Shown piece after piece: positions 48,125 through 61,018 of a stretch of DNA of 64,000 nucleotides. This DNA is from Podarcis bocagei. Lineage: Eukaryota. The DNA lies in assembly GCA_964188305.1 (NCBI GenBank), contig OZ076901.1; one strand, written 5' to 3'. A program made the position numbers and the translations under genes. The notes below the pieces were generated by a model that had not been told where the DNA came from, did no database searches, and saw only the letters and a program-made list of their open reading frames with translations. Numbering within the stretch: position 1 is the first letter of the stretch; the number at the start of each line of letters is the position of its first letter.

Positions 48125-48322
48125 GGCTCGTAGCTCAGTGGTAGAGCATCTGCTTTGGATGTAGATGGTCCTAGGTTCAATTACTAATGGCAGCACCAGG
48201 TGACTGAGAATGTTCTCTGTCTGAAACCCTGGAGGGCCTCTGCCGGTCAGTTCAGATGTAGACAATACTGAGCTAGATGGACCAAAGGTCTGGGCTTAGT
48301 GCAAGGCAGCTTTCTATGTTGG
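48125..48322 (+). mobile_element. tRNA-derived squamate SINE
   Basis: TAGCTCAGTGGTAGAGCA box A, GGTTCAA box B, GACAATACTGAGCTAGATGGACC body; copies at about 24160, 32255, 34745 (minus), 39225, 56090, 59275. Confidence 0.8.
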
Positions 48323-48924
48323 AAATGTCTTGGCAGACTCAGAACCCTTGCAAATATGCAAAAAGGAGTCCATGCATTTTGCAACTGCATGTGTGCAATT
48401 TCTGAGATGCAGCTGATTTCTGAAGTTTACAAAAACCGTAAGGCAGAGTTTGTAGTTCAAATGTGTGCGCTGAAGTTATTTGCATTCTTCCAAGGGGATT
48501 TAATGAGTTTGCATTTTTCAAAGCCAGGATAGATAAAGGGTGTTGAAGAGCTTTTTCTATAAATCTCTGTGCTAAAAAAAGAAAAAAAGGACTGACGAAG
48601 AAAAACGTGAAACATGAATGGCATTGCTAAGAATTAAATACATGCATCTGTTTCCATGGGAAATAGGTTTGTGTGATGGTGTGCATTAATTTTTGTTTAT
48701 TTAATAACATTTATATTCTGCCCTTTCTCATAGATGATCTCAAGGCAGGTCACGACACAACAGGCAGATGTGTGGGTCTGGTCTGACCCAATACTGGAAT
48801 GTATAACCACAACAGGTTTCCAAGGGGAATGTGGCCCTTCACCCAAAATGAGTTTCCCCCACCCCCTCATTTATGTTAGTTACCTGCCTGCTATAACCCT
48901 AGGCTGTCATCAGGTAGCACCTAC

Positions 48925-49007
48925 CTGACTACTTTGGAGTCCTTGCAGACAATGTGAAGCTGGAACATGTCCCGACTCTCCACACTTTCCATCATTCTCA
49001 AAGGCAC
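48925..49007 (-). CDS. MTMR4: MTMR4 coding exon 4 (PH-GRAM)
   Basis: VPLRMMESVESRDMFQLHIVCKDSKVVR; 83 nt. Confidence 0.94.
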
Positions 49008-49046
49008 CTAGAACAAAAGACAAGGAATGAGTGAATCAGTGTGAGG

Positions 49047-49251
49047 TTGTGCGGTGTAGTGGTTATGGAATGTCAGACAAGAACCTTGGAGACCAGGGTT
49101 CAAATCCCTGCTCAGCCATGAAGTTCACTGAGTGACATTGGGCCAGCCACAGTCTAAACTACCTCACAGGGTTGCACAGGATAAAAGGGGAAGGGAGCAC
49201 TATGTACACCACCTTGAGCTCCTAGGAGGATAGGTGGGATATAAATGTAAT
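49047..49251 (+). mobile_element. tRNA-derived MIR/Squam3-like SINE
   Basis: GGTGTAGTGGTTA...GGTTCAAATCCC head, CTACCTCACAGGGTTG core; copies at about 16330-16535 (minus), 42050-42190, 57290-57520 (minus), 58551-58755, 62036-62265. Confidence 0.8.
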
Positions 49252-49253
49252 TA

Positions 49254-49578
49254 CAGTGGTGCCCCACAAGACGAATGCCTCGCAAGACGGAAAACTCGCT
49301 AGACGAAAGAGTTTTCCGTTTTGGAGGTGCTTCGCAAAACGAATCTCCTATGGGCTTGCTTCACAAGACGAAAATGTCTTGCGAGTTCCTGCGGGGGTTT
49401 TTCCCCTCCCCCCCTTTTCTAAGCCGCTAAGCCGCTTATCAGCTGATCCGATCAGCAGATAAGACGCTAATAGCCGCTAATCCGCTAATCCGTCAATGGG
49501 CTTGCTTCGCAAGACGAAGAAACCGCTAGACGAAGAGAATCACAGAACGGATTCTTTTCGTCTTGCGAGGCACCACTG
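49254..49578. mobile_element. Tc1/mariner-superfamily (Tigger/pogo-like) MITE
   Basis: 22-bp TIRs CAGTGGTGCC(C/T)C(A/G)CAAGACGAA (20/22), TA TSD on both sides, CpG-rich. Confidence 0.92.
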
Positions 49579-50244
49579 TAATAAGTAAATTAACTAACCA
49601 ACTAACAAGGCAGGCAAATGCCAACCTCTGCAGGCAGAAACCTAACCAAACTTCCCACATTTCTAATATCCCAGATTAAGATATGCTGAGGTCCAAAGGG
49701 ATGTCACATTAATGAGGCCCCACAGCATTAACAACAAAATCTGTATTATTCTAACACAGAGGTTATCTGTATACCACCAGTTGCCCACAAGTTTCACCCA
49801 GGCGGTCCAGAGGCATTCATATTGACTTTTAATTGCATTTCCATTGTTTCTTTTACTTCCTATATTTGCATATTATTGTGTTACAATTTTCAGTGAATCC
49901 TTCAAGAAGGAATTCCACGCACCTCACCCACAAATGTCAGATTGGTAGTGATCTTTCTAAGGGTGTTTGCGCATGTATCTTCCTCCAGAGGGTATGATTG
50001 TTCCCTCCCTTTGCTTGAGTCACCTGGGGCTGCTTGAAGAACAAACAGCCCAGACTGAGTGGGTTGATCAGGAATGCAGGGGGACAGGGGAGCAAGGAGC
50101 ACCCAAATAGGACCATTTTGGCAGCAGGGTTGAAAAGGGGAGAATAAAGGACTCTTCCAATGGTAAGGGAGGAGCGACCTAATCAAAGACATTGCAGACT
50201 CTGCCCAAACAGACAGAGAGACAGACGTGTAGCCCCAGACGTAC

Positions 50245-50361
50245 ATTGATTACAGAGTCTTTAAACTTGATATGGAGCCGGTAGTTGGAAATGGCAATGA
50301 TGGCGTCACTCGCATGGCCCAAATACTCCACACCCTCTCCCTGTAGCACTGAAAATGGAAC
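50245..50361 (-). CDS. MTMR4: MTMR4 coding exon 3 (PH-GRAM)
   Basis: VPFSVLQGEGVEYLGHASDAIIAISNYRLHIKFKDSVIN; 117 nt. Confidence 0.95.
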
Positions 50362-52509
50362 CTGGAAGGGGAAAGGAGGAGTGTTAAAACCTTCTGGCTG
50401 AAGTTCCAAGGAGGCCACCACCCACAGCATCACTTGAACAGGTGACTAAGAGAGAGAGAAAAATATTGACATCTAAGTCCATGAGGACTTCCACTTGGGA
50501 ACAAGCTGGAAAGTTCTCAAGGTAATGGAGCAGTGCTCTACAATCTGGAATCCCCTGAAGATGTTGGACTACAAGTCCCATCACTTCACCCCATCCCAGC
50601 TAGCACAGTCAACAGTCAGGAATGATGGAAGCTGTAGGCCAAAATCACCTGGGGACAAGAAGGGTTGAAGGACACTGCACTGGGATACAAAAAGAGCAAG
50701 GTCACTAAGCCTGTTCCTGGCTCTACAGTTCCCACCATCAGTCCAGCACTCTTCTGGGTGTCTGCAGTGGGAACAGGTCCCAAGAGATGCACGGAAGCAA
50801 TGGCTTCAATCTCCTCAAAATACAGCCTCGGATTTCCTCTTCTTTTAAAACAAGGAGTTAGGAACATGAGGAGTGTGACACCACACACACAGCACGCAAC
50901 GTCATGTTGCTTTTTTGGAGGAGCCCCCCTCCAAACATGTGACACAATGTTACACATTGTGTGTGTGATGTCACATGTTCGCGTTATGGTGGCTGGCACC
51001 CACAATCCCGAAGGTGAGATGGCGCCCCTGCTTCTTCAGGAAGGCTGGGAGAGACCCCCACAAGTCTTCACTTGCTACACTAGATGATTCTGTATATAAG
51101 GCAGCTTCTTTGTTTCTAATATGACCAGCCAACTAAAGTTACCTCCCAATTACTGTATCTCCCTGCTATGTTAAGTTACATACTGCACAAATACCATACA
51201 ACCACATTTTAAGAGCTTTCCCCCCCTTCCCCCCACTCCCCCCCCAATCAAGGATGTGGGAAGAGATGATCCTCTGAACTGTTGGTCTGTACTGCATTTG
51301 AACCAAACTGCTAAATTGTGTTTGTTTCCTCCTGAAAACATCAAGGGGTATCTTCCCATGCTTAAATTTAGATCTCCTCCTTTCCTTTTTTCCCCTTTCT
51401 GCTGGTTAACTGGGAAGCTTAACACCTGAAGGCTGGTGTGAAATTGTGCAGGGGATGTGAAATTCTCACAGGACTGTGGAAATCAGAGGGGGAGGGTTTG
51501 GAGTGCAATTTAGCTGGCAGCATAAAAAAGGGACGCCTCGCTGCCTCACTCTGGCCTTTTAAGTTAAGGAACAAGAAAGTGTTCAGAGCTGGCTGCCTGC
51601 GTCTTTGAAACACCGCTGAGATTTTATGAAATGTGATTTTATTCCCTGGGGGAAGGAGAATATGAAATCGTGCAGCAGGATGCCCAGGCTGCCTCTCTCC
51701 CCCCCCCCCGCCCCCCGTTACAATTCTCTGTGGCAACACTGACACAGCAAAATTGAACAAGGCTCAAAGGCACATCGGCACATCACAGGAAGCAAATCAC
51801 AGGGCATACTCTCAAAAGCCTCCTCCTGTAATTTGTTCTCACTGCCCCCATGCATAACCATGATAAAATATATGCATGAGCACACAGAAGACAGGGAGCC
51901 CCAATTCCATATGCAGCATCCCTCTGTTTTACTTGGTTGTTTGAGTTTAATATTCTAAGATCTAGAGTGTGTGTGTGTGTCAATGCACACAATTTAAAAA
52001 TCAAGGCAAAGAAAAATATATGCTAAAAATTCAGCCTCATATTTGGAAGTGTAATCCTCCCATGCCAATAGCTGGCCCAAACAATAAATTATTACAGTCC
52101 TCCTCAGAGTATTTGGGTGGAAAGGAGGCGGCATCAGAGGGGAGCCACAGAAAATTCCTCTCTGTGTGGGCTCTGTTTCCCTGAGGTCACTTCACAGGAT
52201 ATTTAGCTATCATCCCCCCCAATCCCTTTTAATCCAATATATAATAAATGTGTTCAGAAGTGGTATTTTTGGGATTTTGCTTAAATCTGAACTGAGTTCA
52301 CCAGACAAGATCTTGTTCATATGACATTTCAGTTACATTGCCCAATTACATGGCCCATGTTGAAATCCAGGTGCAACTAGGTTCTCTATTTATTAGCTTC
52401 AGCTCAGAAGGCCTCTTCTATTGTGGAGGTTCCCCTTTCAAAGATGCACAACACCTTACAGTCTATAAATGCATAGGGAACTTGGACAGTGAATTAACAG
52501 TCTCCCAGA

Positions 52510-52655
52510 ACCATAAAATTGTAGAGTTGGAAGGGACCATGAGGAATATTAAGTCCAACACCCTGCAATGCAGGGAAATTTTGCCCAATGTGGTACTCGA
52601 ACCCACAACCCTGAGATCACGAGAGTCTCGTGATATACCAACTGAACTATCCCAG
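52510..52655 (-). mobile_element. Short SINE with tRNA-like head and CR1 3' tail
   Basis: GATAGTTCAGTTGGTA...GGGTTCGAG head joined to GGTCCCTTCCAACTCTACAATT tail. Confidence 0.75.
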
Positions 52656-52877
52656 GTCGACATAGAAATTTCTCAAACGCCTTTACAGACAAAAGGAAAC
52701 CAAGGCTTGGTTGGCCCTCTGAAAGGCGTGCACAGAAAACTGTACAACTATTTTAAGACATGACAAAACATGTCTGGGGTCAATGCTAGTCTAGCCCAGT
52801 AACCGTTTTCTTCAGCCTTGAACACTCACAAAGATCTCTGTAACCCAAAGATTGAGCCCTTGATAATGTAAAAGCTT

Positions 52878-52913
52878 TTGTTGTTGTTTAGTCGTGTCCG
52901 ACTCTTTGTGACC
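52878..52913 (-). mobile_element. Extremely 5'-truncated BovB (RTE) 3' tail
   Basis: GGTCACAAAGAGTCGGACACGACTAAACAACAACAA. Confidence 0.7.
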
Positions 52914-53579
52914 TCTGTTGCTACATATTTCTCATTCTGGGAGCCCAACGTGACTTTTACTGTGACAATAGCTATAATGTAATAATAAAGTCCAGGCCAG
53001 CCTGACAGCTTAGGTACGGGAGGTAGTTGTGTTCTTGGCTATCAGCGGCTGATAGACAGATTTGCAACATTTAAAGAGATTCTGCTTCTGGCTGTTCACT
53101 GTCCCAGTTCATTGCCAGGAGTGGCTTAGACTGGCACATTAAAAAACAAAAACTCAGGGTCATTAAGGACATTTTGAATTTTCAGTTTCTTTCCCACTAT
53201 TTCTTTTCTTTTGGTGGTCACGAGTCTCCAGGAGACTGCACATTCCAGCAGATTGTGTGTGCTACTCTGTTTGTCCCTGTCCCTCCCTTGCAAAGCAGAA
53301 GAAATATGGTGCAGCTCTAGAAGGGACAGAGAACTAGCTCTGAGGAGCAGGGGAAAGGAGCAGGACTCACAGAGGTATGAATGACTCCAGAGTGATAACA
53401 GTGTGTCCTTGCAGCAGCAGCAGCTGTGACACAGCTTTGCACTCAGGCTGCAGGAAACATTCGCTTCCAGGAGTCTGGAGGGAGATTTATTACACACCCG
53501 CAGTCCTCACCCCTCCTGCCCGCCCATAAGGAATCGCACCAAGCACCACCCAGCCTGCCAGAGCCCCCAGGTAGCTTAC

Positions 53580-53669
53580 CTGTAAAGACTCTTCTTCCTT
53601 GATCAGCTCTTTGTGAGGGAACAAGTCCTTGGCCTGGATGTATTCCAGACTGGGCGGGCCTTCTTCACC
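53580..53669 (-). CDS. MTMR4: MTMR4 coding exon 2
   Basis: GEEGPPSLEYIQAKDLFPHKELIKEEESLQ; 90 nt; AG/GT boundaries. Confidence 0.95.
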
Positions 53670-56600
53670 CTGGATGCCAAACACAAGAGCAAACGCTCAG
53701 AGGGGCACAGCACATTTGCCAAAACGCCACGGGATGCACATCCCAAACACAACACAGATACACTGCTTGCACACCTCCTGCTACACTGTCACACTTTGCC
53801 TCTCCCCTGCAAAAAAACAACAACAACCCGAAAACAATCTTTCTTTTGCCTACATACAGCATGTAACTTTGCAAGAACATAAAACGACACAGGTTTCCTG
53901 TGCAGGGATGAGCCAAAGAAGAGGACAGGCAGGGTCCATACTGTGGGGAGGCTTATAATACTGACACACTGATACTGAACCATCTGCTATAGTCCAAGAC
54001 TCAGAATACATAGGAATAACCCTTTCTGCTGCCCCCAATTCTGCCCAGCGCGAATTTGTTTATTTATTTTTTACTGAGTAGATTTATGCAGCACCAGATT
54101 TTTAAAACATCCATTAAATTCTCTAAAATGTATCCTAAAATATGGTACAGAATAAAACATAATCAGCTTGGGGGCAAACAGCTGACAATATAACCACTCA
54201 CAATCCAGTTAGCAACCACTACATATCAGAGTAAGGCCCCTTGCCCCCTTGCCCAGGAATAGGCTGAACAGCACAAATATTCCAAAAATGTAGAGGAGGA
54301 AACATTCCTAATTCCTCTGTATAGAAGCACTGTACTTGCGTTCCATCACAAGCCAGTGTGTGTTCCCCAAGATATGGACCGGATCTAGATCCCACCTCCC
54401 GAACTAAGCACCCCCCTGTTTTAAAACCAAGCAGGGAGATGTCTCTCTTAAAAATAAGACCTCTCCTGATTTCCCTCTGAAGTCTGGATAGCTTCTGTTC
54501 AACTCCCAGGCTCATCTCAGTATCCCAGCATTCTTAGAATCATATTCTGCATGCAGTCTCTAAAAATTCTCTAGCTCCATCTTCACTAAATCAGTTTGAA
54601 AGTGGCCCAGGGACTCTGGGACAAAGTTATATGCAGATGCTGAGAATTGTCTGAAAATAATCACGAGTTGTAAGAAAAAAAACCCAGGTCAAATAAGTCC
54701 AGTATTTTGTCTCTCCCCCCCCCCCTCCGTCCAGTGGTCAGCAAGACACTTTGGGGGAGGCCATAAACAGTGTGCAAAGGCAAGGGTCACCTGCAACTGG
54801 AATCCTGCAGCAGAATGCCTCTGAACATGGAGGTTCTACAAAGCCACTGTGATCAACAGAAACGCAATAGCCCCAGACTCTCAGTGCAAAGCAATGACCA
54901 TTAAACAGCTTAGAGGTCATAATAATTCATTAAGCAATATATAAATCCTGTCAAATAAATAAATGAAATAAAGCCTGCTGTGTGGTTAAGCCCCCCCCCC
55001 TTTTTCCCCAAGGTAAATTATCTGCACAAAAGAAATGGGGAATTAAGCATTTTCTGAACAATAAATAATTTTTCCACAGTCTCTTGAGAGAAGGGGCCCT
55101 TCTTCTATTTTAAACCCATTTTTTACACAAAGGATGCCCATGTCTTTAAGTGTCAGGAACTACCAGAAGTGGGAAATATTTCAAATTCCTAGGAACCAGC
55201 ATAAATTCTTGTAAGAAATGAAGAAATGGGGAGGAGTGGGCTTTCTAGTCCTGAGGTTAGCTCACTTTTTTTAAAGCTAGAAATGACCTTGTCAATGCCA
55301 GTATGACTCCCCATTCACACCATACACTTAAAGCACCCTTATACCCCTTTAACAGTCATGGCTTCCCGCCAAAGAAGCCTGGGAACTGTAGTTTGTTAAG
55401 GGTGCTGAAAGTTGTCACAGAGCTACAATTCCCAGCCATTATCAGTCGTAAAAGTTAATTTTCACTCTGAAAGGCCATCAGATAGAAATGGAGGGTATTT
55501 CCCCCACCCTTTCCATCTGATCTTTTCCCAATTGTGTTTTGTTCCCTCATCTCAACTGGAAGCATGAGAAGAATCTGAAGAAAGCAGGAGGGTGATCAAA
55601 CTTCTTCCCCAGAAACCAATAAACCAAGGCATCTTACATAGTTGCACATAGCTAAGCTATGCAATTTGCTCCCACGTGATATAGTCATAGCCACCAGCTT
55701 TGATGGCTTTAAAAGGGAGATAACACAAATCCATGGTGGATAAGGATGTCAAGGCTACTCGCCATGCTGGCTTTGTTCTGCCGTCACTGTCTGAGTTGGT
55801 AGACTGTCTAGTTGCTGAGGAACATGAGTGGAGATAGCACTGCTGCCCACACGTCCTGCTGGTGGGCTTCACAATGGGGCATCTTGTTGGCCACTGTGAG
55901 AACAGGATCCTGGACTAGATTGACCCCCCCTCTGGCCTGATCCCAGCAGCCACGGTTTCCTTATATTATCTCATGACCTGGGTCTGGCTGGCGCATGTAC
56001 ACATCACAGTTTCAAAGCTTGGACTGGGAGGGTCATGGACACTGTACCGAGTTTTCAGACCTAGCACGGAACCTATTAAAATGTTGGGAAGGGACCAGAG
56101 CTCAGAGGCAGAGCATTCACTTTGCATTTGGAAGGTCTCAGGTTCTATGACCATTTTACAGATATAAGGCAGCAGGGCCAGGATGAATCTCTGCTAGGGG
56201 CTTTGGGGAGCCACTGATAGTCAGAAAAGGCATACTGGCCTAGATCAGGTTCCCCCAACCTGGTGCTCTCCAGAAGCTGTTAGACTACAATTCCCAGTAG
56301 CCCCAGGTAGCATGATGAAGGTTGGTTGGAGCAGATGGGATTTGTAGTCCAAAACTGCAGGTTGGGAGAAGCTGAAATTGTGGACCACTAACCTGACTGC
56401 ATATAGCAGCTTTCTGTGTTCATGGGAGCATCTCCATCCTGATGTATACCAGGATGGTCTGGCACATAAAGGCAGTTGTCATATGTTCACATATTTCAAT
56501 ACTATTGGTCAAATCTAGAATCCACCCACCTACAGTAATACTCAAGGAGACTGCAGTGAAACTAGTTTTAATTAAAATGGGAGAAGCTTTTTAACGATGT

Positions 56601-59600
56601 GAAAGCCTTGTGAAGTTGAAGCATTTATCCCACCCACCCAAAAATGTTTTGGCCCCATGACAAAAATCCATTTTAAGCTCAGGAGATATTGATTCTGGAT
56701 GCCCCAACATCTGATCTATTCTTGATCTACTAAATGACTGTGGTCTGCCTTCAGACACTGACAAAGACCAGAATTTCTAGGATGCATTAAAACAATTTCT
56801 TCCCTTGAAAAATGACATCATCCCTCATTGGAAATTCAGCACTGAGACATTCAAGTTCACCAGGCTCTTCTAAATAAACCAAACTAGGTTTTGCTTGCTT
56901 TCAAACTTCACAATATGAGCTGCTTCACCTATTATCAAGCACACATTTTATCTTCCCCCGAGAAGGTGGTGGTGATTGGGCGGGGGGAGACGTTTAATAG
57001 GACAAGGAGAAAAATATTTTAGGGAAGCTAGTTAACACTTTCTTCAGAGGCAACTTCAATCAGGGGCTGAGCATTCACCGTTTCCCAGAGAGATACTGTT
57101 CTTCAAATTAGATACCTGGAAAATGACTTCTTCTTTTTTTGCTAGTCTAAAAAAAGAAAGGGCTGTGTATGTAGCCCATGATAAATATAGGCCAAGATGG
57201 AGCTATTACCTCCTCAGTCTTGAGGCTGAGGAGGCAGTCTCTGAAGTTTCTCCCAAGTTCTGAACGAAGCTTTTAACAGGGTAGGAACTTATTTATTTCT
57301 TACATGTATATCCCACCTTTTCTTCCAAGGAGCTTGAGAAGGTGTACATGGTTCTCCCTCTCCTCATATAATCCCTACAACACATCTGTGCGGTAGGTTA
57401 GGCTGATAGGCAGTGACTGGCCAAAGCTACCCAGCGAGAGCTTCGTGGCCAAGGGGCAATTCGGATCCTGGTCTTCCAGGTCAGAGTCCAGCACTCTAAA
57501 CACTGCACCTCACTGGTGCTCAAAGAGGTGCTCCCTGATGACAGCAGGGAATTCCAAGGGTGGGGTGAGAAGTGTATCATTCCCACCCCCACCCCCTTCT
57601 TGTGCCAGCTTAAGGTGGGGAGCGAGCAGAGAGGAGAGTGTTGCTGCTACCTATAAATAAAAGCTTGTCTATTTGGCAGATGGGGCTGGTTGTCTCTGCT
57701 GTATTTCAGGTCCGCTAGTAGTTATTACAGCCCCCATATATTTATTGTTTTGGTTTATATTGACATTTAAGGATAACTTATCTATCTTTAACTGTGATTT
57801 CTGCATTTCAGGGGGTTAAACTAGATGGCCCTTTTGGTCCCTTCCAACTCTACAATTCTACATTTTCTGCTGCGCTAAAATGTGGAACTTTTATTTTATC
57901 TTATTTGTGGGGGTTTTCAGATGCTGTAAACCCCTCAGCGGCTTCTTTAAAGTACAAAGCAGTATAAAAATTAGCTAAATAAATAAGGAAATATCGTTTC
58001 TGAGTCAGAATATTTTTTTTCCACAACCAGGTGTCAAACAATCCTTGGCGCCATTCATGGTCATTGTGCACACATGAGCCAGAAGAAGACAGAGGATGGT
58101 TGTCATGTACCACGTACCACGTACCTGTGGTCGTGTTCAATGGGGCAGCACACAATTTGGAGAGGATGCCCAGTAATGAAATTCATGCATAAGTCATTCC
58201 ATGATAGCAGAGGGAGGTGGTCTAGGCACCCATATAGGACCTGGCAAGCAATCTTGGTCTCAGTGGTGGGTAGCGCTTTGACCTGACTATAACAGCAAAA
58301 TCTGAACATGGGTAGAAATATCAATGGGAATTCAGCTTATCCCCACAAATTAAGGACTCTGGGATCCAAAATGAAATCAGGCTCTCTCTGTGACATACGT
58401 CTTTATAGACAGGCTTATAAAAAATTAATCCACTGGCACAAACCACTGAATGGCTTTGAAAAAAAGTGGCCTCGACATTTGCTTGCCAGTGCTAAGTGCA
58501 AAGTGCAATGTACGGAACAGCAAACACTGGCTGCTCCCGTAAACCATACAGCCAGAGCTGTGTAGTGGTTAGTGTATTGAAGTAGGACTTGGGAGAGACC
58601 AGGGCTCAAATCACCACTTGGCAAGAAAGTCCACTGGGCCTCTTGGGCATCTCAGCCTAACCTACCTCACAGGGTTGTTTGGGAATTAAATGCGGAGGGA
58701 GAATGTACACCACCTTGAGCAACTTGGAGAAAAGAGTGGGATATAAATGCAATACATGCAATTGCACCGCACCCCCCCCCCCAGCTTGCCCTTCCCCTAT
58801 TCCTAAGAATTAGCACTGGGAGACCCTCATCCCGGCTTGTCTGCTCACACACACACCAATGTCCACTGCAGGATGGATAGTGCTAGGCGACTGCCAACTA
58901 TAGGTACATGTGCACATGCACACTCACAACATGGATCAAGGATATACCAGCCTTCACCACCTCTTCCAAGAAGCTTTTGGTACAAACCCTTATTCTGCTC
59001 CCTAACACTGCCTTCGCTAACCTAGTGCCCTCCAGTTGTTTTGAAATACAACTCATGTGAGCACCAGCATCCTACAACTGTGCTGGCTGGGGCCAATGGG
59101 AGCTGTAGCCCTGTATATCTGGAGGGCACCAAGTTGGGGAAAGTCCAAGCACACTTAGCTGATTTTGCTCACTTTGTCCCCGTTATCCTTTCCCAAAGGC
59201 TGAAAATCATCTGTTATATTGAGGGCCTGCCTTTCTTCTATCACAGAACTCAAGGCAGTGCACAGAGGAAGGAAGGAAACTCAATAGTAGAGCATCTGCT
59301 TTGCATGCAGAAGGTCCCAAATTCAATCCCCAGTCTCTGAAGATAGGATTAGTAGAGACTCCTGCCTGAAACTCTGGAGAGCTGCTGTCAGGCGGTATAG
59401 ACAGCAGTGAGCTACATGGGCCAATGGTCTGATAATACACGCTCCTAGGCACCCCAGGTAGTCTTCCATCCAGGCCCTGATCCACACCAATAATATGTGC
59501 CTTCATGGACCACATCCTGGTAAAATTAGGCTGCAAGCTTCTCAGGGGAAGGAAATGCCTTCTCCTCTCTCCTCCCCCATGTTGCTCTGTGTGCAACTAT

Positions 59601-59817
59601 TTTCATAATAATGCCAAGAGGCACATTGTGATTCACCTAATTCTGCACAGGCCCCCATGTCTGCAAGCACTTGACCCACTGGACTAACCTATTATCATGT
59701 TTGCACACCTAACAGCCCTCCCCATATATACACACACACACATGCAAGGTACAGGCATCCGTGTGTGTGATAACAAAGCATCACTCAGTCAGGACAACAA
59801 CATATAAAACTGCACAA

Positions 59818-60008
59818 CATAGGAGCCAACTCCTAGGGGCCGTGGGGGCTTCAGTCCCAACAATAAAATATTTAAGGGGGGCTGGGCCTCCACAAAGTTG
59901 ATGGGCATTCCCATTCAAATGGTGTGTGTGCACCACATCATGTGATCAATTATGCAGGGCGGGGCTTGCCTCGGCCCCTACAATATTTTACTCAAGTTGG
60001 CACCCCTG
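59818..60008. mobile_element. Non-autonomous hAT MITE
   Basis: TIRs CATAGGAGCCAACT / AGTTGGCACCCCTG (11/14); perfect 8-bp TSD CTGCACAA. Confidence 0.85.
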
Positions 60009-60973
60009 CTGCACAACTTGTACTGCATGATACTACAAGGGGATACCTGGCTTCTGAGCCACCATACACACCCACCCCCCTGGAGCTGGCTCCACATTCT
60101 ACTCTTCTCGGGGACAATCTGTCCAAGTGACTTTCCATCAGAGCTCCTTCAAGAGACAACAGGCTGGAGGATGCACTCAGGAAGCCGGGAGGGAGGTTAC
60201 CGTGCCGCCATGCTGAGTAACAGCATTTGGAGCTGCAGCCAGCTGCTGCTCATGAAGGGTGGGGAGTGGGAATCTCTTTCAGAGGACAGCAGAAGATGGG
60301 CGTGAAGCAGGCCGCCTTCTCATTTCCCCTCTAAAACCAAGCAGCAGTCAGTGTGAGCCTCTCCTGGTATCAATCAACACGAAGAGGGGGATTCTAAGGG
60401 GAAGACCGGTGTCTCAGCAAGCCAGGCCCCCTCAACAGCCACCATGTGGCTATGACCTAGAGAGAAGTACAAAGCATGAGGACCCACAGCCACCAGAAAG
60501 AGAGATTTACTCTTGCTGGGTGGATGCACCTTCCAGGCAGGAAATCAAACTTCTGCCTGCCTGCATCTTTGACCCCTATTGCTTTGCTCAGCGGGGGGCG
60601 GGGGGGTGTCTATGAAACCATTTTGCAACCCCAGTTGGAATGGTGACCTCTAACCTCCAGCTGAGGATGAGGTAAATGCTGGGGGGGGGGAGAGGGAGTC
60701 CACCAGATCAAGGTGAGAGTGAAGAATTGGAGATGGGATAGCAGAGCCACTCCCCAAGTACTAGGCTGAGAGAGAGCTGTACGGAAAGGCCAGACGCCTT
60801 CAGACAAGCAGTTCACAAGATGCTCCATTTCCAGACACCTCCTACCCCTCCCGCCTGCCCCCCCCCCCAATATCAGACACGAAGAGAAAAATCCAGACTG
60901 ACAAGCAGCCTTGCAGGTAGGCAGACAGAACAGAGAATAAAAGGGGTGGGGGCAGGGAAAGAGACCCACTTAC

Positions 60974-61018
60974 AAAGCAGTTGAGCATGGAGCATGAGAC
61001 ACGGCCCGGTAGAGTCAT
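60974..61018 (-). CDS. MTMR4: MTMR4 first coding exon
   Basis: MTLPGRVSCSMLNCF resembles the long-isoform N-terminus (MSLTARVSCSMLSCF in human, recalled); ACCATG start; TTT|GTAAGT donor; 45 nt. Confidence 0.85.

Noticed and set aside
48125-48200. tRNA-like sequences here and at about 32255, 39225, 52580, 59275
   Set aside because: Degenerate SINE heads continuing into SINE bodies; no intact cloverleaf
49400-49500. Short recurring AGCCGCTA/TCCGCTAA units resembling an array
   Set aside because: Internal repeats of a TA-flanked MITE; no repeat-spacer periodicity; eukaryotic DNA, not CRISPR
50934-50979. Hairpin AACATGTGACA...TGTCACATGTT
   Set aside because: Short, TG-rich and within a probable decayed MITE; nothing supports an RNA gene
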